64,000 bases of DNA from an uncultured SAR86 cluster bacterium (GTDB taxonomy: Bacteria > Pseudomonadota > Gammaproteobacteria > Magnimaribacterales > D2472): contig CABXPU010000001.1 in NCBI GenBank assembly GCA_902514105.1, positions 36,105 to 100,104 on the forward strand, read 5' to 3'. The notes under the pieces were generated by a model. It made no database searches. It was not told where the DNA came from and saw nothing but the letters and a program-made list of their open reading frames with translations. Every line of letters begins with the position of its first letter. Position 1 is the stretch's first letter. The translations under genes were made by a program, and so were the position numbers. Positions 10,434 to 19,823 of this stretch are shown here, in pieces.

Positions 10434-10757
10434 ATGGATCAAGACATTATTGTTGTTTCTTCAAATGAAATCGAGGGCAAGCCCGTTCAAGAATATCTTG
10501 GGATAGTATCAGGCAGCATTGTTAAATCTAGGAATGTTGGAAGTGATATCTTTGCCTCTCTTAAGAGTATAGTGGGCGGAGAAATTATGGGGTATTCAAC
10601 TCTTCTTATGAGAGCAAGAACAGACGCTTATGGAAGAATGATTGAAGATGCAAAGTCAAAAGGGGCCAACGCAATCATTGCCTTTAGATTCCAAACCTCA
10701 ACTATAACTCAAGGTGCATCTGAGGTTGTAGCATATGGCACCGCTGTTAAAGTTTAA
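10434..10757 (+). CDS. YbjQ/UPF0145 family protein
   Basis: The track ORF starts at TTG 10341 inside hspQ. The ATG at 10434 gives a 107-aa product (MDQDIIVVSSNEIEGK...GANAIIAFRFQT...VVAYGTAVKV) of typical YbjQ length and sequence. Confidence 0.75.
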   Translation: MDQDIIVVSSNEIEGKPVQEYLGIVSGSIVKSRNVGSDIFASLKSIVGGEIMGYSTLLMRARTDAYGRMIEDAKSKGANAIIAFRFQTSTITQGASEVVAYGTAVKV

Positions 10758-10783
10758 AACATCAATATAAAAGGAAAATATAA

Positions 10784-11008
10784 ATGAATAAAACCGAAAG
10801 GACTGCTTTTCGAGAAGCAATGATAATTGTAATAATGGGAGTTATTATTAATTTCCCCCTTCAAACTTTTTTGCTTTGGTTAACTATTGACCAATGGTCA
10901 TGGACAAATACTCTGTATATTTCTTTATTTACTCAAGCCATCATAACTGTCGTAGCATTAATAAGAGTATTTACTATTAGAATGAGATTCCAAAGAGGAA
11001 AATTCTAA
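10784..11008 (+). CDS. small two-TM membrane protein, family not recognised
   Basis: 74-aa ORF in otherwise unassigned space, 26 nt after ybjQ. It has two hydrophobic helices and a basic C-terminus. No motif recognised. Confidence 0.4.
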   Translation: MNKTERTAFREAMIIVIMGVIINFPLQTFLLWLTIDQWSWTNTLYISLFTQAIITVVALIRVFTIRMRFQRGKF

Positions 11009-11015
11009 AAATTTA

Positions 11016-12203
11016 TTAAAGCGCTCTTAGAGCATCTGTTATATTTTGTCTTGCAGCCCTTAGAGCAGGCAAGAATCCACCCAAAAACCCTACAACTAAA
11101 GCAAGAATGAGACCTTGTATCATTATGTCTCCTGTAACCGCAAAATCAAAAGAGGTTTGACTAAATGTTCCTGCAGCAAGTGTTGATACCGTATAGCCAT
11201 TAAAGACTATATAAGATAATCCTGCTCCTAGGAGACCTCCAGCTAAAGCAAGCATCATTGATTCAATCATTAATGCTGCTAATATAGAGCTTCCTCTAAA
11301 GCCAACAGCTCTTAAGGTTCCAATCTCAACCAATCTAGTTGAGACGGCGCTATACATAGAGTTTAGTGCTGCAAATATCGATCCGATAGCCATAATGACT
11401 GCAACTAAGTAACCAAAACTACTTATAACAGCAGAAACGCCCGAAGCTTGATTTTTATAATAGGCTAATTCATTTTCTACTTTTACTTCAAGTCTAGGAT
11501 CGCTTTCTGCATATATAGCAAAAGTCTCAAAAGTTGATTCTGATTCAAGTCTAGCAATTGCGTTTGATGTTGCCGCTCCTCTTTGAAAAGCTGACTGGGT
11601 AACTTTAACATCTGCCCATAACTCTGATTCATGGATGTCTCCATCTGTGCTAAAAACACCTACTACAGTCCATGCACTGTTTCTAAGAACTACCTCATCT
11701 CCAATTTCTAATCCTTGATATTGATCGTATGCCCCCTTACCAACAATAAGCTCTGATCTACCTAGCTCAAAATTTCTTCCTTTAATTATTTTTGTTTCAG
11801 GCCTGACAACAAAGCTCATAGAATCTACACCCCTAAGAGGCAGGTTTGATGTATCTTCCGCTCCCTTTTTCATAAGATCTACAACTGTATAAACCTCAAA
11901 TGCAATCATTGGCTTGCCTTCATACTCCTCAAGGCCAGGAGCATTAGAAAGTACATTTGCTTCTTCAATAGAAATTACACTACTTAACTCAGAATTTGAT
12001 CCAGATCTTAAGATCATAGCTCTATCAGAGTCACCAGTTCCCTCAACTGTCGATTGAAGACCACTTGCCATTGCTAACAATGAGACCATAACAGCTACAG
12101 AGCCAGCAATCCCAACAATAACAACTAATGATGATCCAAAACGCTGGGTAATAGAAAGCAAGTTCATATTTGTAACAGCAAAAATTTGTCTAAACCATTT
12201 CAT
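11016..12203 (-). CDS. ABC transporter permease, FtsX/MacB type (divergent third copy)
   Basis: 395 aa. N-terminal TM, about 220-aa periplasmic domain and C-terminal 3-TM FtsX domain ending ALRAARQNITDALRAL. Last gene of a five-gene co-directional cluster. Confidence 0.8.
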   Translation of the reverse strand: MKWFRQIFAVTNMNLLSITQRFGSSLVVIVGIAGSVAVMVSLLAMASGLQSTVEGTGDSDRAMILRSGSNSELSSVISIEEANVLSNAPGLEEYEGKPMIAFEVYTVVDLMKKGAEDTSNLPLRGVDSMSFVVRPETKIIKGRNFELGRSELIVGKGAYDQYQGLEIGDEVVLRNSAWTVVGVFSTDGDIHESELWADVKVTQSAFQRGAATSNAIARLESESTFETFAIYAESDPRLEVKVENELAYYKNQASGVSAVISSFGYLVAVIMAIGSIFAALNSMYSAVSTRLVEIGTLRAVGFRGSSILAALMIESMMLALAGGLLGAGLSYIVFNGYTVSTLAAGTFSQTSFDFAVTGDIMIQGLILALVVGFLGGFLPALRAARQNITDALRAL

Positions 12204-12205
12204 AA

Positions 12206-13363
12206 TTAATTTTTCCTAAAAGCATCAACAACTTTCAACCTCATTGCTCCAAGAGCGGGTGGGAAGCCAGAAATAAATGCAGTAATAACAGCAATTCCAA
12301 TACCAGAAATTATTATAGAAGAATCTAATGCTACTTGACCCAAAGATAAAGAAACCATTTCTGAAAGTCCTGGCATTAATATTGCAGTAATACCTAAACC
12401 CAAGAAGGCACCAATAAGACATATAACTAAAGATTCGATAAAAACTAGTAACATAACAGTAATATCTGAAAATCCTATTGTTTTAAAAACTGCTAATTCA
12501 GAAGTTCTTTCTCTTATAGATTGGCTCATAGTATTTCCTGTTACCAATAGAATTGTAAAAAATACAGCCGCTAAAATTGAATTCATAATTAATCCAATGT
12601 CACCAATCTGACTAGCAAACATTTGCGCATAGGCTTTTTCAGTATAAGTTTTAGTCTCGTCCATTGAATTAGCAAACATAGTATCTATTTCTTGTGCAAT
12701 CCTTGGTCCTTCCTCTTTATCATCTAGTTTTACAATAAAGTTACCAACCGTACCATTTGCCATGTCCCTTGCTTCATCAAAATATTTATAATTAAGAAAA
12801 ACTTGCTCTTCATTGGCCGGATTTTCTAAATCATTAAATATTCCTACTAAATCAAATTCCCAAAGATTAGTGCCATCTTTTAAGAAATATATATCACCAA
12901 TAATTGGAATTCTATCTCCAACTTTCCAGTTAAATTTTTCTACTAATCTTTTCCCTGCGATCATGCCATTTCTAGTATTGATAAAGGCCTCTTCATCTTG
13001 GGGGCTTATTTTGTATTCTTCATAAATATCTAAAAATTCTTTAGGAGGTACTGGCCACTTAGGGAAGAAATTTGCACGGTCAATATAAGTGCCGCCAAAC
13101 CAGTCTTGATGAGCAACTATATCAACCCCCTCAATACCTTTAATCCTTTGTAAATATGATATGGGCATTGAATCAATGATTGAATATTTAGAAGCTACAA
13201 CCAATCTATCATCTCCAGATAAATCAATGTCTTCAGTAAAAACAACTGCAACTGATCTTAATAAACCAAATAAAAGAAAGGCAACTACAAGAGAAGATAT
13301 GGTGAGGCCCGTTCTCCACCTTTTTCTATTTAGGGCAGCAACAATAATTATCCAATATTTCAC
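12206..13363 (-). CDS. ABC transporter permease, FtsX/MacB type (paralogue 2)
   Basis: 385 aa with the same architecture. It shares WKVGD, WEFDLVGI, AVFFTILLVTGNTMSQSIRERTS and RLKVVDA with the upstream copy. Confidence 0.8.
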   Translation of the reverse strand: MKYWIIIVAALNRKRWRTGLTISSLVVAFLLFGLLRSVAVVFTEDIDLSGDDRLVVASKYSIIDSMPISYLQRIKGIEGVDIVAHQDWFGGTYIDRANFFPKWPVPPKEFLDIYEEYKISPQDEEAFINTRNGMIAGKRLVEKFNWKVGDRIPIIGDIYFLKDGTNLWEFDLVGIFNDLENPANEEQVFLNYKYFDEARDMANGTVGNFIVKLDDKEEGPRIAQEIDTMFANSMDETKTYTEKAYAQMFASQIGDIGLIMNSILAAVFFTILLVTGNTMSQSIRERTSELAVFKTIGFSDITVMLLVFIESLVICLIGAFLGLGITAILMPGLSEMVSLSLGQVALDSSIIISGIGIAVITAFISGFPPALGAMRLKVVDAFRKN

Positions 13364-13365
13364 AA

Positions 13366-14517
13366 TTACCCCTTGGCCAAAGCATCGACTACTTTAAGTC
13401 TATAAGCCTGATATGCTGGCCAAATACCTGCAAGTGATGCCATTAATATTCCTATTAATATGCCCCTTATAAATTGATAGGTTTCAAACTTAAAAATGCC
13501 GCCCGTAAGCCCTCCGCTGGCTACATCTATAAGAGGCACGGTCATTATTGTGAATAGCAAGCCAAGGAAAGCACCAATTAGAATAATAAAATTACTCTCT
13601 AATAAAATTGATGTAAATATTTGGAAATCTTTATATCCTAAACTTTTAAGTATTGCTATATCACTTGTTCTTTCTCTTACCGATTGACTCATAGTATTAG
13701 CTGTCACCAATAACAATGTAAAAAATACAGCAGAGATAATAGCCGTTATTATGAATTTAATATTTCCAATATCCGATAACATTTTTTGAGATAGCGCTAT
13801 TTCATTCCCTGTGAAAGTTGCATATGCTGAATTTTTAAAATTTTCATCGATCAAATTGCTTATTTTGTCTGCTTTAGAGGGATCATCTAAATTAAATCCA
13901 ATCATAGACACAGTGCCTTTATTTAATATTCTTGCTTCCTCAACATATTCATAACGAACCATGATGGCCAGCTCATCTGCAGCAGGGTTAGTTGTATATA
14001 TTCCAACAATATCAAATTCCCACTCTGTTGATCCATCATTCTTAGCTGAAAAGGTGGGTATAGAAATATGATCACCAACCTTCCAGCCTTTAATATCCGC
14101 AGCTGTTTTTCCAACCAATGCACCAGTCCTGTTTGAATAAAATGCTTCTTCTTGTTCATTAGGAACTTTAAACCTATCCATGACTTCAAAGTAATCTCCC
14201 CCAACTGCGAAAATGGGAATATTTTCAGTCATCGAATTAATATCCATTGAAAGCATATCTATCCAAGTAATATTAGTGATACTTTCAATAGAGTCTAAAT
14301 AATTAATATGTGACTGAGGTAATCTCCCAAACATCATGTCGTGCTTAGGCATAGTAAGCATTCGCTCAGCATTGATTTCACCCACTGACCCATCAAAAAG
14401 AGGATCTGAAGAATGCAATAATCCGTATAAGAAGAACGCAACAATAACTGACATTATTGTTAAAAGACTTCTAATCTTTTTTCTTACGATCCCTGCTTTA
14501 ATTAAGATCCAATACAC
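13366..14517 (-). CDS. ABC transporter permease, FtsX/MacB type (paralogue 1)
   Basis: 383 aa. Contains WKVGD, WEFDIVGI, AVFFTLLLVTANTMSQSVRERTS and RLKVVDA. 1 nt after the ATPase gene. Confidence 0.8.
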   Translation of the reverse strand: MYWILIKAGIVRKKIRSLLTIMSVIVAFFLYGLLHSSDPLFDGSVGEINAERMLTMPKHDMMFGRLPQSHINYLDSIESITNITWIDMLSMDINSMTENIPIFAVGGDYFEVMDRFKVPNEQEEAFYSNRTGALVGKTAADIKGWKVGDHISIPTFSAKNDGSTEWEFDIVGIYTTNPAADELAIMVRYEYVEEARILNKGTVSMIGFNLDDPSKADKISNLIDENFKNSAYATFTGNEIALSQKMLSDIGNIKFIITAIISAVFFTLLLVTANTMSQSVRERTSDIAILKSLGYKDFQIFTSILLESNFIILIGAFLGLLFTIMTVPLIDVASGGLTGGIFKFETYQFIRGILIGILMASLAGIWPAYQAYRLKVVDALAKG

Positions 14518-14518
14518 T

Positions 14519-15196
14519 TTAAGAAGCTAATTTACCCTTATCTAGATGAAGAGATCTTTTAGCAGAATCTGCAGCAGCAGGATCATGAGTTACCATTAAT
14601 ATAGTTTTGCCATGATCTTGATTTAAGCTTTTTAGAAGGTTAAGAATTTCTGTTGCTGTATCTCTGTCTAAATCTCCAGTAGGCTCATCACAAACTAAAA
14701 TATCAGGGTCAGACACCAAAGCTCTAGCAATAGCTACTCTTTGTTGCTGCCCTCCAGAAAGTTCGCTTGGTTTATGCCCAGATCTATCTGATAAACCCAC
14801 AATATTCAAAGCAGTCTCAACATGTTGTTTCCTTTGAGAGCTAGATAAATTAGTTAATAGGAGAGGGAGCTCAATATTTTTTTGCGCAGTTAGCACAGGT
14901 AATAAGTTGTAGAATTGAAAAATAAATCCAACATTGCTAGCTCGCCAGTTACTTAACTGTTTTGAGTTCATTTGATCAATTCTTTCTCCATTAATTGATA
15001 CTGATCCACTTGAGGGCGTGTCTAATCCACCAATAAGATTTAATAAGGTAGATTTACCAGAGCCAGAAGGCCCCATGAGAGCTAAAAAATCTTCTTTAGG
15101 TATTTCTAAATTCAAATCTTTTAAAACAACAAGCGTTTCGCCGCCTCGTTTGTATTCTTTTGAGAGATTCTTAACATCCACTAATATTTCTGACAT
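14519..15196 (-). CDS. ABC transporter ATP-binding protein (MacB/LolD-type stand-alone NBD)
   Basis: 225 aa. Walker A GPSGSGKST, Q-loop, signature LSGGQQQR, Walker B ILVCDEPTGDLD, H-loop THD. Confidence 0.9.
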   Translation of the reverse strand: MSEILVDVKNLSKEYKRGGETLVVLKDLNLEIPKEDFLALMGPSGSGKSTLLNLIGGLDTPSSGSVSINGERIDQMNSKQLSNWRASNVGFIFQFYNLLPVLTAQKNIELPLLLTNLSSSQRKQHVETALNIVGLSDRSGHKPSELSGGQQQRVAIARALVSDPDILVCDEPTGDLDRDTATEILNLLKSLNQDHGKTILMVTHDPAAADSAKRSLHLDKGKLAS

Positions 15197-15204
15197 AACA
15201 ATTC

Positions 15205-16350
15205 CTATTTTATTAATACTTCTTGGCCATCTTTTAATTCTGCATCAGGGTCATTAACTACGTAATCTCCCTCCTCAATACCTTTTGATATTCTTGCATA
15301 ATTTGATGACTTATCAGCAACTTCAACTTTGGTTTTAATTAAAAACCCATTTTTGATTACAAAAACATATGATGATCCGCCTTCTTTTTTAATTGAGGCT
15401 ATTGGCACCATAACTCCACTGACTTTATTTGAGGTATTTGGAGCTTCTTCTTTCAGAAAAGAAACTTTAGCCCCCATATCAGGAAGCACCCTTTGATCTC
15501 TTTCTAATAATTTAATTCTTACTTTAACTGTAGCCTTATTTCTATCAGCGGTGGGGATAATTGCAATAACTTCAGAAGCAATATCCCAGTTTGGGTAAGC
15601 ATTTAGATTGGTTGTTGCAGGCTGACCAGGCTGAACCCTATTGATATATGACTCATTTACATCAACCTCTACCTCAAGTGAGCTCATATCAACAATAGTA
15701 CCGATACCTGTTCTAGTAAAACCGCCGCCAGCTGAAACAGGAGATATCATTTCTCCCGGTTGAGCAGCTTTATTAATAATAACTCCAGAAAATGGAGCCC
15801 TGATTTTCATATCCGAAACGGTTTGTGAGCTAATATCTAATCTTGCTTGCAATCCTTCTACTTGAGATTCAGCTGCATCTACAGACGCCTGGCTTGCTAG
15901 ATTATCTTTTCTCAACTCCATAGTTCTAGCGAAAACTCTTTTAGCTTCTTTTAATTGCGTTTTAGCAAAATTAAGCTCAGCTTGAACTGTACTATCATCT
16001 AATTGAGCAAGAACTTGCCCCTTTTCAACAAACATTCCTTCTTCAATATAAACCTCTAAGACTTTTCCTGTTATTTTAGATGAGACCGTAGCTTGTCTTC
16101 TTGCTGTAACATAGCCCGAAGCATCTAATACGCTTGCAGAAGAGTTATTTGATTGCATAGCTGACTTAGTTTTGTAAGAATCTACTTCTACGAGCTCTTC
16201 ATTTTGTATGAATTGGAAAGCTAAAAAACCAACTACTAAAAGAATAGTAATAAGAACTATTATTTTATTTATTGAGCCACCATCAGAAACATTATCCGAA
16301 GATCGATCAATCTTTAGATCATTTAAAAGCTCTTTTTTTTCATCATTCAT
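15205..16350 (-). CDS. periplasmic adaptor (membrane fusion protein, HlyD/MacA family)
   Basis: 381 aa. N-terminal TM anchor, lipoyl/coiled-coil hairpin/beta-barrel order (GKVLEVYIEEGMFVEKGQVLAQLD, long alpha-hairpin, IRAPFSGVII). First gene of the ABC cluster. Confidence 0.8.
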   Translation of the reverse strand: MNDEKKELLNDLKIDRSSDNVSDGGSINKIIVLITILLVVGFLAFQFIQNEELVEVDSYKTKSAMQSNNSSASVLDASGYVTARRQATVSSKITGKVLEVYIEEGMFVEKGQVLAQLDDSTVQAELNFAKTQLKEAKRVFARTMELRKDNLASQASVDAAESQVEGLQARLDISSQTVSDMKIRAPFSGVIINKAAQPGEMISPVSAGGGFTRTGIGTIVDMSSLEVEVDVNESYINRVQPGQPATTNLNAYPNWDIASEVIAIIPTADRNKATVKVRIKLLERDQRVLPDMGAKVSFLKEEAPNTSNKVSGVMVPIASIKKEGGSSYVFVIKNGFLIKTKVEVADKSSNYARISKGIEEGDYVVNDPDAELKDGQEVLIK

Positions 16351-16407
16351 ACTATTTTTCCTGCCTCAATTTTACACTATGTTATTTAAATAGTACTTTT
16401 TAAACTC

Positions 16408-17250
16408 TTATTCTATATTTTTATCGAGATTCCACTCAGGAGGCCCAAAAAAGGAATGTACTTTATCGCTTAAAGAATTTGAATTTTTGTAGTCTTGATA
16501 CATTTTTAACCAATTCATAAATGTTATCTTAATAGGATTAAAAGTTTTTACATTTTCAGTTATACCATAAATAACTTTATTTTTTTCTTTAGCAAATGTT
16601 CCAAAAATACGATCCCACACAATGAACATATTTCCATAATTCTTATCTATATATTCTGGATTCGATCCATGATGGACTCTGTGAGAAGAGGGCGTTACAA
16701 AAATATATTCTAATGGGCCAAGAGTTTTAATGATCTGGGTATGACCCGTAACTCCCCATAATGTAGCAGCAGCGCCGGCCAGAGCCGTTACCAATGGATC
16801 AAAACCTATCAGTGGCAGCACAAAGAAGAAGGGGACCTTCGTTATTGGTCCAAACCAAGCCTGGCGAAGAGCCACAGTAAAATTCATCTCTTCGCTTGAA
16901 TGATGATTCATATGAACGGCCCACATAAATCTAACTCTATGTGAGAATCTGTGGTACCAATAAAAGACAAAATCTATTGCCACAAAAGTTAGCACCCAAA
17001 CAGCAGCAGATGAGAATATATCGTTAATAGTAAAGATTCTAAAATCATACAAATAGAAATAGAAAAATAAGATAGAACCCTTGGTTGCAAGGTTAACAAG
17101 GATATTGCCCAATAAAAGACCAAGCCCAGCCATTGTATCGTTTAATTTATAAACAGAGAGGTCATGGACTTCTGAGTAAACGGTTTCTATTATTATCATG
17201 CTAACCACTATTGGTATCCCATAGGTATATAGCATAAGGTCAGTAATCAT
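16408..17250 (-). CDS. fatty acid hydroxylase / sterol desaturase superfamily membrane di-iron oxygenase
   Basis: 280 aa. Histidine boxes HRFSH, HMNHH and HRVHH in membrane context. Confidence 0.75.
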   Translation of the reverse strand: MITDLMLYTYGIPIVVSMIIIETVYSEVHDLSVYKLNDTMAGLGLLLGNILVNLATKGSILFFYFYLYDFRIFTINDIFSSAAVWVLTFVAIDFVFYWYHRFSHRVRFMWAVHMNHHSSEEMNFTVALRQAWFGPITKVPFFFVLPLIGFDPLVTALAGAAATLWGVTGHTQIIKTLGPLEYIFVTPSSHRVHHGSNPEYIDKNYGNMFIVWDRIFGTFAKEKNKVIYGITENVKTFNPIKITFMNWLKMYQDYKNSNSLSDKVHSFFGPPEWNLDKNIE

Positions 17251-17251
17251 T

Positions 17252-17563
17252 TTAATACTTCAAGCTTTTATAGATAAAATAAAAATAAGGAACAATCTGG
17301 AAGATTGCCCATAACATTATCACCATCTCTTCCTCAAAAGAGAGATACAAAATAATAGATGATATAAAAGTAAATATAGCCATTCTATAAAAGAATTTCT
17401 TAAAGAAAATAAGGTAGTTATCTATAGGAAATCTCTTTCTTTCTTCTTCACCCATGGTGTTATAGCCTGCTAAAAGATAGCGAGCATTATCTTTGTTTAT
17501 TAAGAAAGCTAAAGCTAGGTAGACTAAGCTAACAAATAATACCGATATAAATAATATAAACAT
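17252..17563 (-). CDS. small membrane protein, DUF3784-like
   Basis: 103 aa with 3 TM segments. The loop motif LLAGYNTMGEEERKRF resembles the GYNT(M/A)s.eEk motif I recall for DUF3784. 1 nt upstream of the hydroxylase gene. Confidence 0.45.
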   Translation of the reverse strand: MFILFISVLFVSLVYLALAFLINKDNARYLLAGYNTMGEEERKRFPIDNYLIFFKKFFYRMAIFTFISSIILYLSFEEEMVIMLWAIFQIVPYFYFIYKSLKY

Positions 17564-17620
17564 TCTCTCATTATCCTAAACTCTTTTTAATTTAAAGCCC
17601 ATATAACAAGAGAATTATTT

Positions 17621-18760
17621 TTATTTATGCGGATTCACCAAGAATTTAGACCCAGTAGCTTGTTTGCCATAATTAAGAATAGCTTCGGGTTGTAACATTT
17701 CTTCAAATGAGACCTCTTCGGTGTAATTACTAGCAAAAGTAGTCTTTATTTCTTTTGCAACCCTTTCGCGCATTGCTTGAAATTTTTCCATTCCTATTCT
17801 TCCTATCATAGGAGTTAAGAGCCAGCCACCAAGGCCCCATGACATTCCGTAAGATCGCGTTAAGATTGTTGGAGAAGGGTCTAATCCGCCATAGATGTAT
17901 ACTTGCTTATAAGTATCAGACCCATAACGACTATATTCTTTTGAAGTTTTATTTGCAGCAATTTCCATTGCAGATAATATCTGACCAGCTAATTTACCTT
18001 CATTACCTCCGCCGGTTGCATCAAAACCAAGAGTAGCACCTGTTGCCACAATAGCTTCCACAAGAGAATCCATAAAATCAGGCGAACTTGAATTACAAAC
18101 ATGCTCAGCACCAAGGTTTTTTAATAATTCAACATGCTCATCTTTACGGACAATATTGACAAGTGGAACCCCGTCATCTTTACAGATCTTTACAAGCATT
18201 TGCCCTAAATTCGAGGCTGCAGCTGTATGTACGATTGCTTTATGATTTTCTAATTTCATGGTTTCTATGAATCCCAAAGCTGTTAAGGGGTTTACAAAAG
18301 AAGAAGCCGCTTCTCTGGGAGATACCCCATCTTCCATCACCAAACAATTCATTGCAGGAACACATCTATATTCTGAATACATTGCACCACCAGCTACACC
18401 AACAGTTTTCCCTATTAAATCTTTTGCATTTGCTCCAGCATCTTCAACAATTCCTCCACCCTCATTTCCAACCTGCATTGATTGATCAAGTCTTGGAGTC
18501 ATAGCTTTCATCAAGCCCTCATATATATTCATTGTTGCTACAGTATCATCCCCTGTTCCAGAAACCTTTAGGGTTGATACATCAGAAGCAAAACCAATCA
18601 AAAGCGCAAGATCCGATGGGTTGATAGGAGCAGCTTCTACTCTTATTAAAACCTCATCATCATTAGGTATTGGTTTGTCTACAGCAGCAATTGAAATATT
18701 AATTTTTCCATCACTTGTAACTTCTGATCTTATTTCTCTTGATGTTTCTTTTGTCATCAT
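17621..18760 (-). CDS. medium-chain dehydrogenase/reductase (MDR) family NAD(P)H oxidoreductase, zinc-independent type
   Basis: 379 aa. GroES-like N-domain (DEVLIRVEAAPINPSDL) and Rossmann domain (AIVHTAAASNLGQM). No structural-zinc Cys cluster seen. Confidence 0.65.
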   Translation of the reverse strand: MMTKETSREIRSEVTSDGKINISIAAVDKPIPNDDEVLIRVEAAPINPSDLALLIGFASDVSTLKVSGTGDDTVATMNIYEGLMKAMTPRLDQSMQVGNEGGGIVEDAGANAKDLIGKTVGVAGGAMYSEYRCVPAMNCLVMEDGVSPREAASSFVNPLTALGFIETMKLENHKAIVHTAAASNLGQMLVKICKDDGVPLVNIVRKDEHVELLKNLGAEHVCNSSSPDFMDSLVEAIVATGATLGFDATGGGNEGKLAGQILSAMEIAANKTSKEYSRYGSDTYKQVYIYGGLDPSPTILTRSYGMSWGLGGWLLTPMIGRIGMEKFQAMRERVAKEIKTTFASNYTEEVSFEEMLQPEAILNYGKQATGSKFLVNPHK

Positions 18761-18829
18761 TTCTCCTAGATTATTTATTAATTAGTTATTTATATACTTG
18801 GGGCCCTAAGAATTAAGTTCAAGTTAAAA

Positions 18830-19786
18830 CTAAGAATTACTTCCAAATTTATCGGTTGCCCTTATTAGTGCATCTGTTATTTCTTCTTCAAATGCAGAAT
18901 GTCCAGAAGAGGGCGCTACAATCATTTCGGCTTCTGGCCAAGCTTCCGAAAGCTCCATGGCAGTTCTCATAGGACAAACTACATCATATCTACCTTGAAC
19001 AATTACGCTTGGGATAGAACGAATAATATCAATGTTATTAATTAGCTGATTCTCTTCTTCAAACCAACCCTTATTTATAAAATAATGATTCTCAATTAAA
19101 GCAAAAGCTAAAGCAAATTTAGAGTCAGAAAACTCTTCAATTAGCTCGTTTTTTTGGATGAGAGTGCTCGTTGCAGCTTCCCATTTTGACCATGCTACTG
19201 CGGCTTTAAGTCGTCTTTCCTCATCATCGCTTGTAAATATATTATGATAAGCTGTCATTAAATCATCACGCTGATTTTTATCTATAATTTCTAAAAAACC
19301 ATTCCAATCTTCAGGGAATATTTTGCTAGCACCGTCTTGATAAAACCAATGCAATTCTTCTTTTCTTAATAAGAATATACCCCTTAAGACTATTTCACTA
19401 ACTGAGTCGGGGTGAGTTTGTGCATAGGCTAGAGAAAGAGTGCTGCCCCATGAACCCCCAAATACTAACCACTTATCTATACTCAGTTTATTTTTTAAGC
19501 TCTCAATATCTGAAACTAAATCCCAAGTTGTATTATTGGTTAAACAACCATGGGGTTTACTCCTTCCACAACCCCTTTGATCAAAGATAACTATCCTATA
19601 TATATCTGGATCAAAGAATCTTCTTACTTTTTCACTTCCACCACCGCCAGGACCGCCATGAAGAAATACAGCAGGCTTACCATCTGGGTTTCCGCATTGC
19701 TCGTAATAGACTTGATGCTCATCGACATCCATAAACCCTGAGTCATATGGTTGAATCTCAGGGTATAAATTTACGCGGTCTTTCAT
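18830..19786 (-). CDS. pip: prolyl aminopeptidase (proline iminopeptidase)
   Basis: 318 aa. HGGPGGG oxyanion motif, nucleophile elbow GGSWGSTL and a C-terminal catalytic His context (SGHSAFE). Confidence 0.85.
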   Translation of the reverse strand: MKDRVNLYPEIQPYDSGFMDVDEHQVYYEQCGNPDGKPAVFLHGGPGGGGSEKVRRFFDPDIYRIVIFDQRGCGRSKPHGCLTNNTTWDLVSDIESLKNKLSIDKWLVFGGSWGSTLSLAYAQTHPDSVSEIVLRGIFLLRKEELHWFYQDGASKIFPEDWNGFLEIIDKNQRDDLMTAYHNIFTSDDEERRLKAAVAWSKWEAATSTLIQKNELIEEFSDSKFALAFALIENHYFINKGWFEEENQLINNIDIIRSIPSVIVQGRYDVVCPMRTAMELSEAWPEAEMIVAPSSGHSAFEEEITDALIRATDKFGSNS

Positions 19787-19823
19787 ATCTTATTATTAGA
19801 TTTATTGGGATGTTCTTCAACTT

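Noticed and set aside
12225-12422. Same-strand alternative-frame ORFs embedded in real genes: 65 aa inside the FtsX permease here, and also 22718-22984 inside the DMGDH-family gene, 31409-31654 inside the DUF482 gene and 13923-14204 inside another permease.
   Set aside because: They have no independent translation signals and odd composition (Cys/Trp/Tyr/Phe-rich or Lys/Leu-rich). They are fully nested in ORFs with strong homology signal, so they are treated as chance open frames.
18790-18815. Near-palindrome CTTGGGGCCCTAAG downstream of pip as a terminator or a REP-like element.
   Set aside because: The arms abut with no loop and contain a mismatch. There is no T-tract on the relevant minus strand, and I saw no second copy elsewhere in the window.
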